Of a stretch of 64,000 nucleotides of DNA, positions 36,800-50,019 are shown one piece after another. The notes under the pieces are model-generated. The model did no database searches. It saw only the letters and a program-made list of their open reading frames with translations, and was not told where the DNA came from. This DNA is from Camelus ferus. Taxonomy: Eukaryota. Where the stretch lies: the NCBI RefSeq assembly GCF_009834535.1, contig NC_045696.1:77998001-78062000 (forward strand), written 5' to 3'. Both the position numbers and the translations under genes were made by a program. Positions within the stretch are counted from its first letter, which is position 1. Every line of letters starts with the position of its first letter.

Positions 36800-37030
36800 A
36801 GTGCTAATTGTACAACTACTAAGGGCCAGATACTGTCTCAGAAGTTATTTGCTAGTTTTTATCCAGAGGCTTGATATAAGTCATTTCAATTCCCATTATC
36901 CAGTCACTGAAATTGTGATTTAGGAAGGTCAGGAGCTTGACGTGGGGTCAGAGCTAATAGGTGGTAATATCAGGGATGAAACTAGAGTTCCCTGAATCCA
37001 GGTCTAGTGAACTCTTCACTAAAACACACC
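36800..37030 (-). mobile_element. MIR SINE, degenerate
   Basis: cccattatccag...gaaattgtgatttaggaaggt...ggtcagagctaataggtgg...cagggatgaaactagag...ctgaatcca. Confidence 0.6.
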
Positions 37031-39076
37031 TCTCTTTTCAACTATACTGCCATCCTTTACAAAGACAAATAGACTGGCTAAAGGGTGAATTTATAAAACA
37101 CATCAGATGCATCTTGCTGTGATCTGCTTTCTGAGAAGACACTAAAATCAATACTGTGTGAATTATATATCTGTTTATTAGATTGCTAAAAAGATCTGGA
37201 TTTTTACAAAGTGACACAGTGGGGATTATTATGTATTAAAACAACAGAATGTGTGCATTTTAGATTAAGGATTCATGTCTCTAGTAAAAGAATAATTTTA
37301 CATTTCATGGTATATTCTTATTCACTTAAACAGCCCTGATATATGTGAAAAATCAATACATTGGACATATGATAAAATTTCTTAAGCAGGTATTTTGACT
37401 TCAGGGCTCAACTTTTGTTATTTTTTCTTCTTGAGATTATTTTCTCCATTAACAGATTTGTTGTTTGGTTCTTTAATTGTTTACTGTATTTTATTGTTAG
37501 GATGCCATTAGTGGGGTTTATGAGATTCCTATTTGCTTTATTTCAGAAATAAATTCATCTTTCTGTGTTAAAAAAAAAAGACTATTATGGTGAGGAATAT
37601 TCACTGTAATCAGGCTGAGTGTATACAAGGCATAATCATAGCATTCCTCTTCGATTCCACCAAATGAATACCTTTACTTGGATTTCAAACTGCTTTACTC
37701 GACGTATCCAAAGTTATTTAAATAATCCTAGGGAGATTAAAAAGAAGCAATGACCTTCTGCTTTTAAAAAGAAAAAACACTTGAAGTTATTCAGAAAGTA
37801 AAACCTGTTGTCAGAGTTCTGAAAAGAATCCTCAACTGTCATCATTACAACACAGGGGCAGGAAGGAAGGAAGATAGGGAGGGAGAGAGGGTAGATTTCC
37901 TATTTTATAAAGTATTCTCACGTAGTTTTTTTTTTATTACACTTTAAAGTAATATCTCATTGTGCCCTATAGAATTATTCTTACTTCACAAATGAAGTAA
38001 TCATTAGATAAGGATAATCAGATCAAGATCACATAGTTAGTAGTAGGTCTCAGACTAAAGGCACGTGTTCTCCTAATTTATTTTCTTGTGCTTTTCCCAT
38101 TAAACCATATTGCTTCCCAATAATGAAAAACATTGTGACTCTGCATTTTTTCATTTTTAAAGTTCGTATTATATTATTTGACAAACTGCAATATTTGCTG
38201 CATGGAAGAAGCCTAATATTTAAAAAAATCTTTAAAAATGTGTTATTTTACCAACTGTACCTTCAAAATATTGAGGAGAATGCTGTAATTTATCTTCCCA
38301 CTCGTCATCTTCCCTATCCATGGTGGATCCACCTAGGTAATATGGATCCATTACTCCAGGTTCTAGGTTGAGAATGCAATGGTAGGGTGCGGGCCAGCAA
38401 GTATTAGCCGAAATCATTTTATTTTCAGGGAGAGGGATTTGAGATTGGGATAGGAAACACAGTGACCTGGGGTCTTTTCCTCTGTCTAGGTGAGTAATGA
38501 ACCAAAAATTCTAATGAGTTATTTGACTTTATTCATTTCTCTAACATGATCTCATTACTTATAGCCAATACTAAGAAATAAATACACAACTGTTATTAGC
38601 AAATGCATTGCTGATGTTACCAACTATATGCACTTCTCCTTCCAACAGCAGACATGCTATTGCTTTTGAACCAAATAGATCATGTTCAAAAGGAACAGAA
38701 AAAATATTAGCATTATATATATATATTTAGAAATTAGGTCATAAAGACATAAACTTCTGATTTACCAACTCAGTATTTTCTGCATTTATACATATTAGTA
38801 TACAAGAGAGGGAAGAGACAGGCAGTGGAGAGACAGAAACACAGCCGCACATGCCCACATCCATACATCTCTGGGATTATGCAATTTTCTAGTTGAATAT
38901 ACAAGATCAAGGAAAAGAACTATAGAGTTCTTCACATCATTGAGCCTTTGAAAATTTACCATTTAAAAAAAAATTTAACATATGTTACCAATATTCTTAA
39001 CTAAGAGCAATATTTAAAGCCATAATGAATATAGATAAACCCATGGATAGTAAATAATATGAATAAACTATTTCTA

Positions 39077-39370
39077 CAAATGAATCTATATACAAAACAG
39101 TAACAGACTTAGACACAGAAGACAAACTTAACAGCTATTAAAGGGGAGAGGGACGGAGGGGGCCAAATTAGGAGTATGAGATTAACAGATGTAAACTACT
39201 ATGTATAAAATAGATAAGCAACAAGGGTTTACTTTACAGCACAGGGAATTATATTCAGTATCTTGCAGTAACCTATCATGGAATATATTCAGGAAAACAT
39301 AACTGAATCACTATGTTGTACATCTGAAACTAACATAATATTGTAAATCAACTATACTTCAATTAAAAAA
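39077..39370 (+). mobile_element. Artiodactyl-type L1 3'-UTR tail insertion (294 bp)
   Basis: caaatgaatctatatacaaaacag...tagataagcaacaagg...gcacagggaattatattcagtatcttg...tgtaaatcaactatacttcaattaaaaaa. TSD gaataaactatttcta (39061-39076) / gaacaaaatatttcta (39371-39386), 14/16. Confidence 0.9.
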
Positions 39371-42300
39371 GAACAAAATATTTCTAAAGATATCTCATGA
39401 ATTGGCTGTTGTTTAAGATTACTGACAAGTAATTTTCTGATGTTTCAATGTATTGATATGAAACAATATTCAATATTTCTATTTCTACTGCCTACAAAAT
39501 TGCTTCTTTAACAGCAATATTATGCAGAGCTCCCAATTTTATTATATATAAAAGAAAAAAAAACTGTGGTGACTAGATGTATACTTGACGGTCAATGTTT
39601 TCATAATTTACAGCACTATGACTCATAATAATACAAACATTAAAAATTTAATTCAAGTAGTTTTGGGAGTGTTTTTTTTAACTGAAAATTTTATAAGTAT
39701 CTTCTCCAAGGTGGGTGGATATGGAGAAAATGTATGAGAGGAAAGTAAATGAATATTAACATTTAAAAAGCCTACGTCAAATTACTTTGAAAGATTTACC
39801 AAAGAAATACTTCAAATCCTGCACTACTTGCAAGTGTTATTTGATGTCTGAAGCTGTTACTAACACATTTGGATTTACTGAATGTTTTTGTTTTTTATTT
39901 TCCCTGTAGCTTGTCTTGCAAGCAACATGGCAGATGAAAAAGCCCTGGACTAAGAATAACTAGTCATGAACTGGACCGGCCAATAGGTGAGGGATGCTGA
40001 ACCCGCCACTGAAAAGCCACACAGTTCAATTTTTTCATCCATCCAAAGAGATGACATCTGCCCCACCAGTCACACAAAATGGCTGGTAGAGTCAAAGGAC
40101 GTAATATATCCAAAGGATTTAGAGAGTGTAAAATGCTACATAATGTGTGAGGCTTTTTACTTTGTTTTTCATGGTACTGATAAGGAATAAGAGGAGAACC
40201 AGGTTGATAATTTAGGGAATGCAATTTTTTTTTTGCATTTGTCTGAGGTTAGGGCATGGTATCAGGAGGAAAAAACACACAAACAAACCCCAAAACAATC
40301 AAAAAACCCTTAATTATCCTGAAAACAGTTTTCCTTGACATTTTTAATGATGAAACTGCCTGAGTTTATTTCCAAAAGTAAATATTCATATAACTTCAAG
40401 ACACTCTTGCATTGTCGTTCACTTATTATTACTTTTGCTTTTTGTCTTGCTAGATGAAAGGAACCAAGAGTAAAAAAAATCCTAAAATAATCCAAGTCAT
40501 AAATTGTCTTTCCAAACTGCATTAGGAAGTTTTATAATTATTATTTAATATATTATATCTCTTAGAATTAGGATGATTATTACATTTTCCTGACCTATCA
40601 AGAAAACATTATTTTTGTTATCCTATTATTTTTCTCCATTAAAAAAAAAAAGCCAGTCTACTTCACCAAGACAGTTTCACAACCCCTCCTGAAATTAATT
40701 AATTATACAAAATATGAGATTTTAGCTAGGCATAACATCCATTACCAGACATGAACAGCTGAGGGAAGTTCTCAGTCAAGGCAAGCTAAAGGATTGACAC
40801 AGACACGGACATGGATTATTTGTAGCTTCGTTTTTTAGGAAGCAAATCTGATGCATATGCCTTACAGAGAATTTAATCAGAAAAGAAGTAACTTCCATAT
40901 TACCCTTTCTAACGTCACTAATTAGAAAGATTCGTAGTTGTCAAACAAGAGTCAGAGTGCATGTCTCTTGTCCGTGTCGTTTATAAATCACCATATGCTG
41001 TCTCTGCAATTTTGTCTGGCAGAAATTGACATCTTCTTACAGTACAAACCCATCAGGGGTCACAGTCAGAGTTTCCATTCCCCTGGCCTGGAAAGGCTCT
41101 GGATTTTCTTGAGAATCACTACTCCCTTTTGGGCAAAGAAAAAACTATATATTCATTCAGATTTTAGGTATTTTTAATATAGGTAAGGTAGCAAAAGTCC
41201 CTCAGACTCTGGGTTACCTTTGGAAAATTATATTAACTCTTAAGTCAGCCTGCTACCTTTTTCATTATAGGTATCTAGGAGGATAGTACAAAGTATTTTT
41301 TCAATGGACTGTATCCTAGGTGACTGAGGCAACTACCGCAAACTTCCCCTACTTTTTTCTCTCTCTTCTAGTACTATATTAAGACAAGATGACGGCCAGA
41401 GAAATATCAAGTTTAATACCTGAGTGCATGGGAAAAAATAAAGATAACTTGGATGTACAATTCTCTACTAGCTCCAATGTGATTAGAGTACCACTGAACA
41501 AAAAAGACACAAAACAGAAACAGGTGTAGAAAACAAAAAAGGAAAAAACATTAGTGCAACTGATCTTAGCAGTCATGGCTACTTTCCACATGGGCTTATC
41601 ACAAGAAAACGGAAGTCTCTCTTCTCTTGTGAGAGAATAGTTTCCTATAAAGAAATATCTATCTCATCACAATATGTCTGTACTTTACTAAAGCAGTAAT
41701 AGTTAAGCAAAAATGATTGTTAAGCTAACGTTTTTACTTTCTTAGGCATTTCTAGAAGCTTTAAAAGCTATTGTGCACATCAAATACAAGTAAATAATTA
41801 CTTTACTTTGTTTTCTCTTTTAATTGAATAACTTTTGCTCATGTTGTGATAACAGGTTTATTTGAAAGTAGAAGTAATTTGTTATAGAACAACAGCTTTT
41901 ATAAATGGAAACTTCTACAACAGAACGTTGTGAGATGTTTAAATATTAACTAGACATATTGCTCACTCTCTACACTAAATTTCAGAAACTTAATACAAAT
42001 TAAGTACATACTTTATTGCTGGATCTTGCTTACCAGTGCTAAGAAATCCACAATGTTCAATTCTAATTAAAAATGAAATTGAACTGCAATTCCCTGGAAA
42101 CAAGGGCTGAGCAGACTCAACAAGCTTTACTTAATTGATTTCAGAAACAAAATAATTGAATTGCTCATAGACGAAGAAAAAAAATGCTTCCATTGTTAGA
42201 GAAATACATGCTTCCAAATCTTTTGCAATTCTATTATATTATCTAATGTTCATAGCTGATTACATATCCCATACATAAACTTCAAGATATTTAAGGGTCC

Positions 42301-43199
42301 AAGAATATACCTTATACCTTTATCTTTATTATTCACAACTTCTTTACATACTCTCACTAGGCATAAATTACACACTTGAACATTTTTTTAAATTTTAAGA
42401 GATAGAAAACTATCAAAAATACTCTTAAATTGTATTCATATTTTTTAAAAGAATTTTCTCAATTCTTGACTAATATTTAATTGTCACAACCACATCAGGA
42501 GATTTTTCATTAATCTCATCATTTTTCTTGTTTGCATTTCAGTTGTTTCTTCACTTAAGAAAACCATGTCTCAGTTGTTGTAATTTTCCCATGGTTACGT
42601 AGTTGTAGTGAAAATATAAACATTAGTTTTAAACTAATAGGAAAAATGAAAAAATAAACTGAACGTGCATGAAGAGTACACTATTGAGCAAAGAGCAGAA
42701 CAAATGATTCTGTGCTCCCTTCCTTTGTGTTTTCAACTGCTCTATATAAGCATTCAGTTTGAGATCCCAATGGTCCCAACGTATCTAAGCCTAGAAGCTT
42801 CAAAATGAAATGGTTTCATCTTCAGAAAGACTGTTCTTTGGATATGAGGTTGGATTAAGGAGCAGTGGTTCTAGAATAGTCCTAGACAGTATCTCTATGT
42901 ATGGAGTTCTGGACTTTTATATAAAAACAACATTGCAAAAAGTGGACTTGCCCAGCAATGAAATAAACATGAATACTTCTTCAAGGGGTAGAGTTTATGA
43001 AGGAGAAACATCCACCTGTTGAGGAATTCACAGACGTCATCCTGGCACTGGACCAAAGTTTATCTACATCTACTTTCCTAATAGTACTTGCCTTATACAG
43101 GGCAAATCAACAAGATAAATGGAATAATATATTATGATATTTTCAAACAGGTCAATGTAAAATAGTCTCACTGTCATTATCAATCCTGCAATATACATT

Positions 43200-44320
43200 T
43201 TTATTAGAAGAACTCAAAAATATTTAAGAGAAAAAGTGTGTACACGTAAAAAGTTGGGTGAATACATCAAATCAGAAAATAACGGGAAAAAGGTAAGATA
43301 AATAATGAACATTAAGGCAGAAGAAAAAAACATAAAATTTTGCCCTGAAAGAAAACCAATGAATTATCCCATTAAAATCAGAGATGTTTGAATTGAATAC
43401 AAGGGACTGATACTCCAGCAGTAGTTTTTTTTTGTTTGTTTGTTTTTACAAAAAAATTAGATTGACGGGAAAAAATGATAAGCAAATAGACAACTGGCAA
43501 ATTTTTTTTAAAAAGCCAGAAGAGGCAAATTCATATAAAACATCTGAAATTAGAAGTTACTTTAATTAAGATTTAGAAGCAGTATTTCTCTACCAATGGA
43601 AGCATTTTTTCTTTGTCTAGAAGTAATTCAATTATTTGGTTTCTGAAATAAGTTAAAGAACAAAGATATACACTACAGAATGATAAAAACATCAAAGAAA
43701 CAGATCAAAGATATGCAATAAACCTGAATGTACTAAACAACATAATGGCAAAATAAAATATGGTCTCAGACATGCAAGATAGAACTTCACAAACAGAATT
43801 ATATGAGAAAGCTACTTCTTTCAGAATTGGAAAAACTGTGAAAGTTAAAAAAAAAAGTAAAGATATACAGGAATTAAACAAATAATAAACTTGAGATAGA
43901 GAATCACATTTCTCAGAGTACACACACCAATAATCATTTTATGTGAAATTTGCCATGAAGAAAATCTTTTAAAAATTCTAAAAATTACATTTTTATTGGC
44001 CACATTATTTACCACTATCTAATCAACTTGAAATTAATATTAAAACCATTAACAAAATTAATTTATTCTAAAATAACTTTGGATCACAGAGCAAGTGAAA
44101 AGCATCTGGAACACAATAAAAAGTAGACTACATAAAAATGAAGTATCTGAGGTACAGTGCAATTTATATTCAGCTAAAAATTTATAGTTTATATAGTTTA
44201 CCTAGGAATTTAGTTCCCATTTTAATACATTAGAAAAATAAACAAAATTAATGAGGAAGAGGAATTATTTGATATGGAAGCAGAAAACAATGAACTAGAA
44301 AACAACAAAAAAACTGAAAC
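43200..44320 (+). mobile_element. Ancient, highly degenerate L1 ORF2 (endonuclease region)
   Basis: A-rich strand with residual L1M motifs (cccattaaaatcagagat, cacatttctcagagtacacac, ttctaaaataactttggatcac, gcagaaaacaatgaactagaaaac). Confidence 0.55.
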
Positions 44321-45083
44321 GCATATATTTTTAATGTATGGATCTGGTGAAGTATTTGCACATTGTAATATCTGAAAATACTAGATATGGAACAAATTCA
44401 TCACAACTGACAGCATGCTGAAGACTGTGGCATGTGGATAAATTAAATATTTCAAAAGCAGCCTGATCATGTCCCTAGACTCAAATCAGACAAAGTGTCC
44501 AACACTGGAGCATCTGGTCCAGCAGCTGCCGAGCACACCCTGTGAGTAGAAATGAGCACTGGCTTCTCTTTCAAACTAAACAGGAGGCTGTCAAGGGGAA
44601 GGGCCTTTAATAAAGCCAACAATGGGAAGAAACAATGCCAAATTAATATAGAAATTATTGCAGGCATGTGCCATTTTGTCTCAATTATAAAAGTCAAGTC
44701 TGCAAAGAGGGGCATCCTATCAGACATTTACAGAGGGTTGTAATTTTTGAATATTTAGGTCATAAACATTTGGACATCCTTGCATACATTTGTAACCTCT
44801 CTGGAGAGAAGATAATGGAAAATAAAGGACGGCAGTTTTTTCTATATCTGCACAGCTGAAGGGAAGAAGATTACCTACTAACCAGTTCATTTCTGCAAAT
44901 CTAAAAGCTCATGATTCCTAATTTCATGACTAAGGTGGACATGAAAGGAACCAGACAGATAATGAAAACTCACATGGACCAGCATTTCTCTTCAACTTCC
45001 CTTTCTCTTCCTTCTTGGACAAATAGTAATATATATATATATATATATTTTTTTTTTTTCCTATGGAACTCACAGTGAATATT

Positions 45084-45256
45084 CTTTCTTTTTTAAAAAA
45101 GTCTTTTTACTTTATTTTTTCAATTATTTTTAATTTTGGTGGGGGGAGGTAATTAGATTTATCTGTCTATCTATTTATATGGAGGTACTGGGGATTGAAC
45201 CCAGGACCTCATGCATGCTAAGCATGCACTCTACCACTGAGCTATACCCTCCCCTC
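45084..45256 (-). mobile_element. tRNA-derived SINE, camelid vic-1-like
   Basis: Minus strand ggggagggtatagctcagtggtagagtgcatgcttagcatgcatgaggtcctgggttcaatccccagtacctcc...aattacctcccccc with an A-rich tail. Flanking repeat TGAATATT at 45076-45083 and 45257-45264. Confidence 0.9.
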
Positions 45257-46049
45257 TGAATATTTGTCCTTAAATTCATTAAAAGTAAAATAAGACTAAG
45301 ACTATCATAATCTGTATTTGGTTGTGTAGGTTTCTCTCATCCTAATGTAGAAAAATAATTTCAAATTCTGTGGAGCCATCCATTAAGATGTCCTTTGGGT
45401 TACTGATGTAATTATACAAGTATTTCTGGAGCAGAACGAAAGCCCCATGCTGAACCACAGCCTGCACGCCACTGCTGCCCCACTGGCTTCCTAACTGACA
45501 TCTAGCAAGAAGCATAGTAAAGCCATGCAATAGATAAATACAATGAAATGAATGAAAAAGACACCATTTCAGATTTATAAAAATTTTCACAGAAACTGCT
45601 GTAGTTTTCATGCCTAATCAGTGCAAAATGTCACAATCCTTGTCATTACCTAGCTTCTCCAGTAGTATGATCCCTAAAAAAACACTTTAAAATGGGAATG
45701 AAGGCCAAATTATTCAATGTGTGGCGTAGTTTAAGAGAAATTATGATAACCTAATTTCTATACAAAACCTTAAAAGGAAACTAATAACGTGTAACCATGA
45801 GATTATCTGATAAAGAGACTCACGTCAGGGCTAGGTGTATGTTTTAGGAGTTAGAAAGTGGAAAAACCAAGTTTGATCTGATACACAGGAAATCTTTTTG
45901 ATTGTATTCTCCTTCACACTATGCAAATTTCAAAAGCTTTTTCAAGTGTGAAACTAGTTCTGGCAGCCTTAAAAATTGCATGATTGCTACACAATGTACT
46001 GGTTTCTAAGTTTTATCCGTAGAAAGTAACAATCATTATTTATTATTTG

Positions 46050-46245
46050 CCCATATCCTGACATACACTTTGCACTTCAATCTACACAGTAATGCAGGAA
46101 GATGAGTGTTATTTTCTTACACAAATGGGGAAACTGAGTCCACAAGTTTAAGTAACTTCACTCATCTCTTAGCACAAAGTGGTGGAGCCGAGAGAGAACT
46201 GTGTCTGCCTGTCTTCCAAACCCATGAGTCTTCCCTCACGCTGTA
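46050..46245 (-). mobile_element. MIR SINE
   Basis: ttacacaaatggggaaactgagtccaca...ttaagtaactt...agtggtggagccg...gtctgcctgtcttccaaaccc. Confidence 0.75.
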
Positions 46246-49200
46246 TGACAGGGGGCTTCTTCAAGTATTCTAAAGAAAACATCATCTCCACCTCAACCTG
46301 TATCTACAGATCACTCATATCTATCAATGCCTTTTATTCTCAATAATCTTCTTATTGCTTTTCATATTTGCTTTCAATTAATTTGTGAAACATACTTCTT
46401 CCCTTTCCCCTGCCCTCCTTTAATTTTCTTTTATCTTTTTGTTAACTCCACTCATGAATATTCAGGAATGTACATATGTATGTGAGAGTAAGAGAGACAG
46501 ACAGACATTAACATTTGTGAGTAAACTTATTTTGAGTAAGTAGCAGACCTACTGCCCCAGTATTTACAAAATCTCTCTGCTAACTTTTTCTAAATATTTT
46601 GTTAAAGTATGAATATTTTTAGTAATACAAAATATTTAATACACTAAAAATATATATCTTTACCTTTCTATAATGTATATTCTATTAACTGAACCTATAT
46701 ATGGTGAGGAATTTCCATAATATTTGCATTTTCTTAGAAGTATATGTTAAACATGATATATTTCAAATAGGAAAAAAAAAACATTTACTAAAAAAGTTTA
46801 CTACCCTAAAGAGTGGTTACTAAAATGTAATTATTATTCCAAAATCCCTTACGCCCCACCTGGACTGTCAGTAATTAAGGTGGACAAATAAAAATAGTCT
46901 AAAAATTAATCCACTAAAATACACATCAGTAAAACAAATATTTTTCTTTGATTCAATCTTGCCCTTCATTCACCTAAAAAAAAAAATTACTTCCTCTCCT
47001 TTAAGTATTACTTATTTCTTATTATGTGGTTCACTACACCTCCATGAATATTATAGTACTTAATAATAAGGTTGAACAGAAAAAAAAATTTAAAGGACAA
47101 TTATAGATTGGATAACTCAGACTGCTTAAATAATTACCCACATAAAAAAATGAGAAATTTTTTTTGCTCCTCTTACCTTAAGATTGATTACTGCTTTCTG
47201 CATCCTCATGATCAAATTCATTCTACACTTTATCTTCTTAAAGTAAATTAAAATATCCCTCACGCCTCTGGCTAACAGCTGGCCAGGAGTAGATTTAATC
47301 AGCTAACGATGTCCCCCACTGGAAGGGCAACTGGATTTACGGTATCTGCACATCTTTTTTGTATTTTTCTCGATTCAGATTCAAAGCAAAGAACCTCAGA
47401 TCCTCAGACTAGGAAAGTGTCAACATTATTGAGTAATCCACAATGAATGTCCGTGGCCACTGGTGGTGTAATTTAGAGCTAAATGCCATTCTTCACTTAA
47501 CAAAGGGGAAGGATTATTTTGTTCATCATTCACATTTTTTCTGGTTTACATCAGTAGTTACCAATCCTGCCAAAATTCTCTATCTCAGTAATTATTTTCT
47601 TCCTGTTTTCTCTTCTTCACCCATCCTCGTTACATGAATAGACTAAATCACAACTAATTGAATGTGCTTCAGTATGAGTTTTCATATCCAGTGAATCAGA
47701 AATGTGTAACAGAGAAATTGGAATTAATGGAGTTTTAAGAGTGCAAAGCAGAAAAGACAGCTGCCTGCGTTTTTGTAGTCACGTCTAAGCTGTTCCACAC
47801 ACTTCGCTGATGCTTACGCCGTTATCATTACTCTGATAGGATTGACTTAAAACTTAACCTCGATAAATAAATGTATAATATTACACTTCATTCTGCTCGC
47901 ACTTACAAATGTTCCAATATACAGCCCCAAAGGTAGTTTAAGGAAACACAAAGATTTAACAAAAGGATAAGAATAAAAAGTGATTTGCACCTCATTTAAA
48001 AGGTATTCCACAGAAATGCATTTTCCATATAAATGAAAGTTGATCTTTTAAGTCCTAAGACTGTTTTCCTAGTTAAATTAAAATGATTCAGCTTTATCCT
48101 GATGTAAATGAATCCAGTATGGAAATGCATAACACGTAACTGAGAGAAAAGACTTAACTTTACAGAAGGCCAGGACTTTGGAAAGAAAACAGAAACGCTG
48201 GGTTAAAAAACAGGGCACCCCAGCAGATCCTAGGGGGCGAGGAGGGGACCGTTGCTAGAAGGGGAAGTGAGCAAACAGATCTGAAAATTCTATGGCTTTC
48301 TAGATTTAAGACTGGACATTATGAACCTAAGAAATACAAAGTTCTAAACGAAAGACAAGAACTTTTTTTTAAAGAACTTTTTTGTTCTCTCCTTTTCTGA
48401 CATTCTTGTTTTAAAGTGTAAAGAAAAGTATTAATTATTAGAAGTCCTTTGACAGAATTTTACCAGGTTCATGAAGAGTGATCTGCATTCTCCACAAAGC
48501 CACAACTAAAATACAACAATCTGAGCTCAAAAGCAGTGAGATAAATCAAAGTGTCTGCTCAGGAATATCACGTCTAAGGATTTGCAGTAACAACATAAGC
48601 TCTCCAAGTCCGCCTGGTCCATTGATCCTTAAGGTCACCACACAGAGGTGTTTTACCACAAGCTGGTTTTGAATGGGTAAGAGTTTCATTAAAAACATAC
48701 ATAAAGCCCAGCAAGAGAACATGGAAAATTCAATAGTTGGATGTGAGTATTCTGCTGCTTTGTTCCTCTAGGTCTTATTTATAAAAATTATAAAATTAAA
48801 TGCATTATTCATTAATTTAGCTATCATTCAACATGTACTCACTGGGGCCCCCCTATATCCTAGGCACTGTTCTAAGGTCTGGGATACAATAATTAGCAAA
48901 TATTAACCTGCAACTATTTCCAGCCACTTTTTCAAAGGGAGGAAATGTGTTCATAGGCATTAAAATTTCAGAATCCATCATATGTGACAATGCCAGATTT
49001 TTACATAGGAGAAATTAAAATATTTATCGTGTAAAAGGCACACATTAGTTCGCTGTAAGATAAGTGACTCTATCTACACTACTATGAGTATAACAAAATA
49101 CAGCAAAATCAAATCCGCAAGTGGGTATGTTAACATCAAGTATCAGGACTCAATAATCAGACTAAAGTAAGGTCTGATATGATGATACTCTATAAGCAAC

Positions 49201-49400
49201 ACAAGACAATTTAAAAATGTGAAATGCCCACAGTTAGTGATACCACAATAAGGATTTATCTTAAAAAGTAACAAAACATTAAAAATTAGAAAGAACATGA
49301 TAAAAGCGTACTATCCAAATTAGACAAATAGAAAAAAGCAACTTGGCCAGATAAGTCACTTTGCTTAGGATCAAATGGCTGGTTCATAAATACTATTTTA

Positions 49401-50019
49401 TGAAGTGGTTCATGAACAACACACTCCTGTTCCTTGTTTGTAGAAAAGGCTTTAGTCTCCTAGACCTTCCTTGAGTTCCAACGATCAGATAAGCAGTTTA
49501 ATTAGGGAAGCAAGGGAACACTGAAGCAAAGGAAAAGTAGTCAAGCAAGACAAGTAATGATAGCTTAAGCAACAGTTCAAGGAGAAAACAGAGTCCTAAT
49601 TCCTGGTTGAGGAATATAGGTAGCAATCCGATGCGTATCTTTGAGCTGCCCCACGGAAACTAATCTCCACCCAGGTGGGTGGTGATGCCTACAAGCTGAT
49701 CACAAGCATTCAGACCCCAAAATGGTTGAAACCAGAGGTGGATGATAAAGATTCCTGAAACATCACCTAGTTATCTCACCACCAACTAATCAGAAGAAAG
49801 CCATGTACCCTGCAGCCTTCACCTCAAATGCTGCCTTTAAAAGCTCTTCCCTGAACTCCATCAAAATCTTTTGAGCTTGAGCTGCCCATTCTCCTTGCTG
49901 GGCACATTCTCCTCACAAATAAATGCTGAGGTGAAGGAAGGACCTTCACCACAACCCCGTATCAGTAAATTGGCTTTGCTGCTCGGTGGGTCAACAGACC
50001 CAAGTTTGGTTCAGTAACA
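49401..50019 (+). mobile_element. ERV1-class solo LTR (5' boundary approximate)
   Basis: TATA-like TTTAAAA at 49836-49842, AATAAA at 49918-49923, and the terminal gacccaagtttggttcagtaaCA typical of ERV1 LTR U5 ends. Confidence 0.8.

Noticed and set aside
45180..45256. tRNA genes at 8.2, 15.0 and 45.2 kb
   Set aside because: The tRNA-like heads are followed by SINE bodies, A-rich tails and TSDs, so these are SINEs.
47172..47410. Possible additional minus-strand exon ending at AAG|GTAAG
   Set aside because: No open frame resembling NAALADL2 and no well-supported acceptor.
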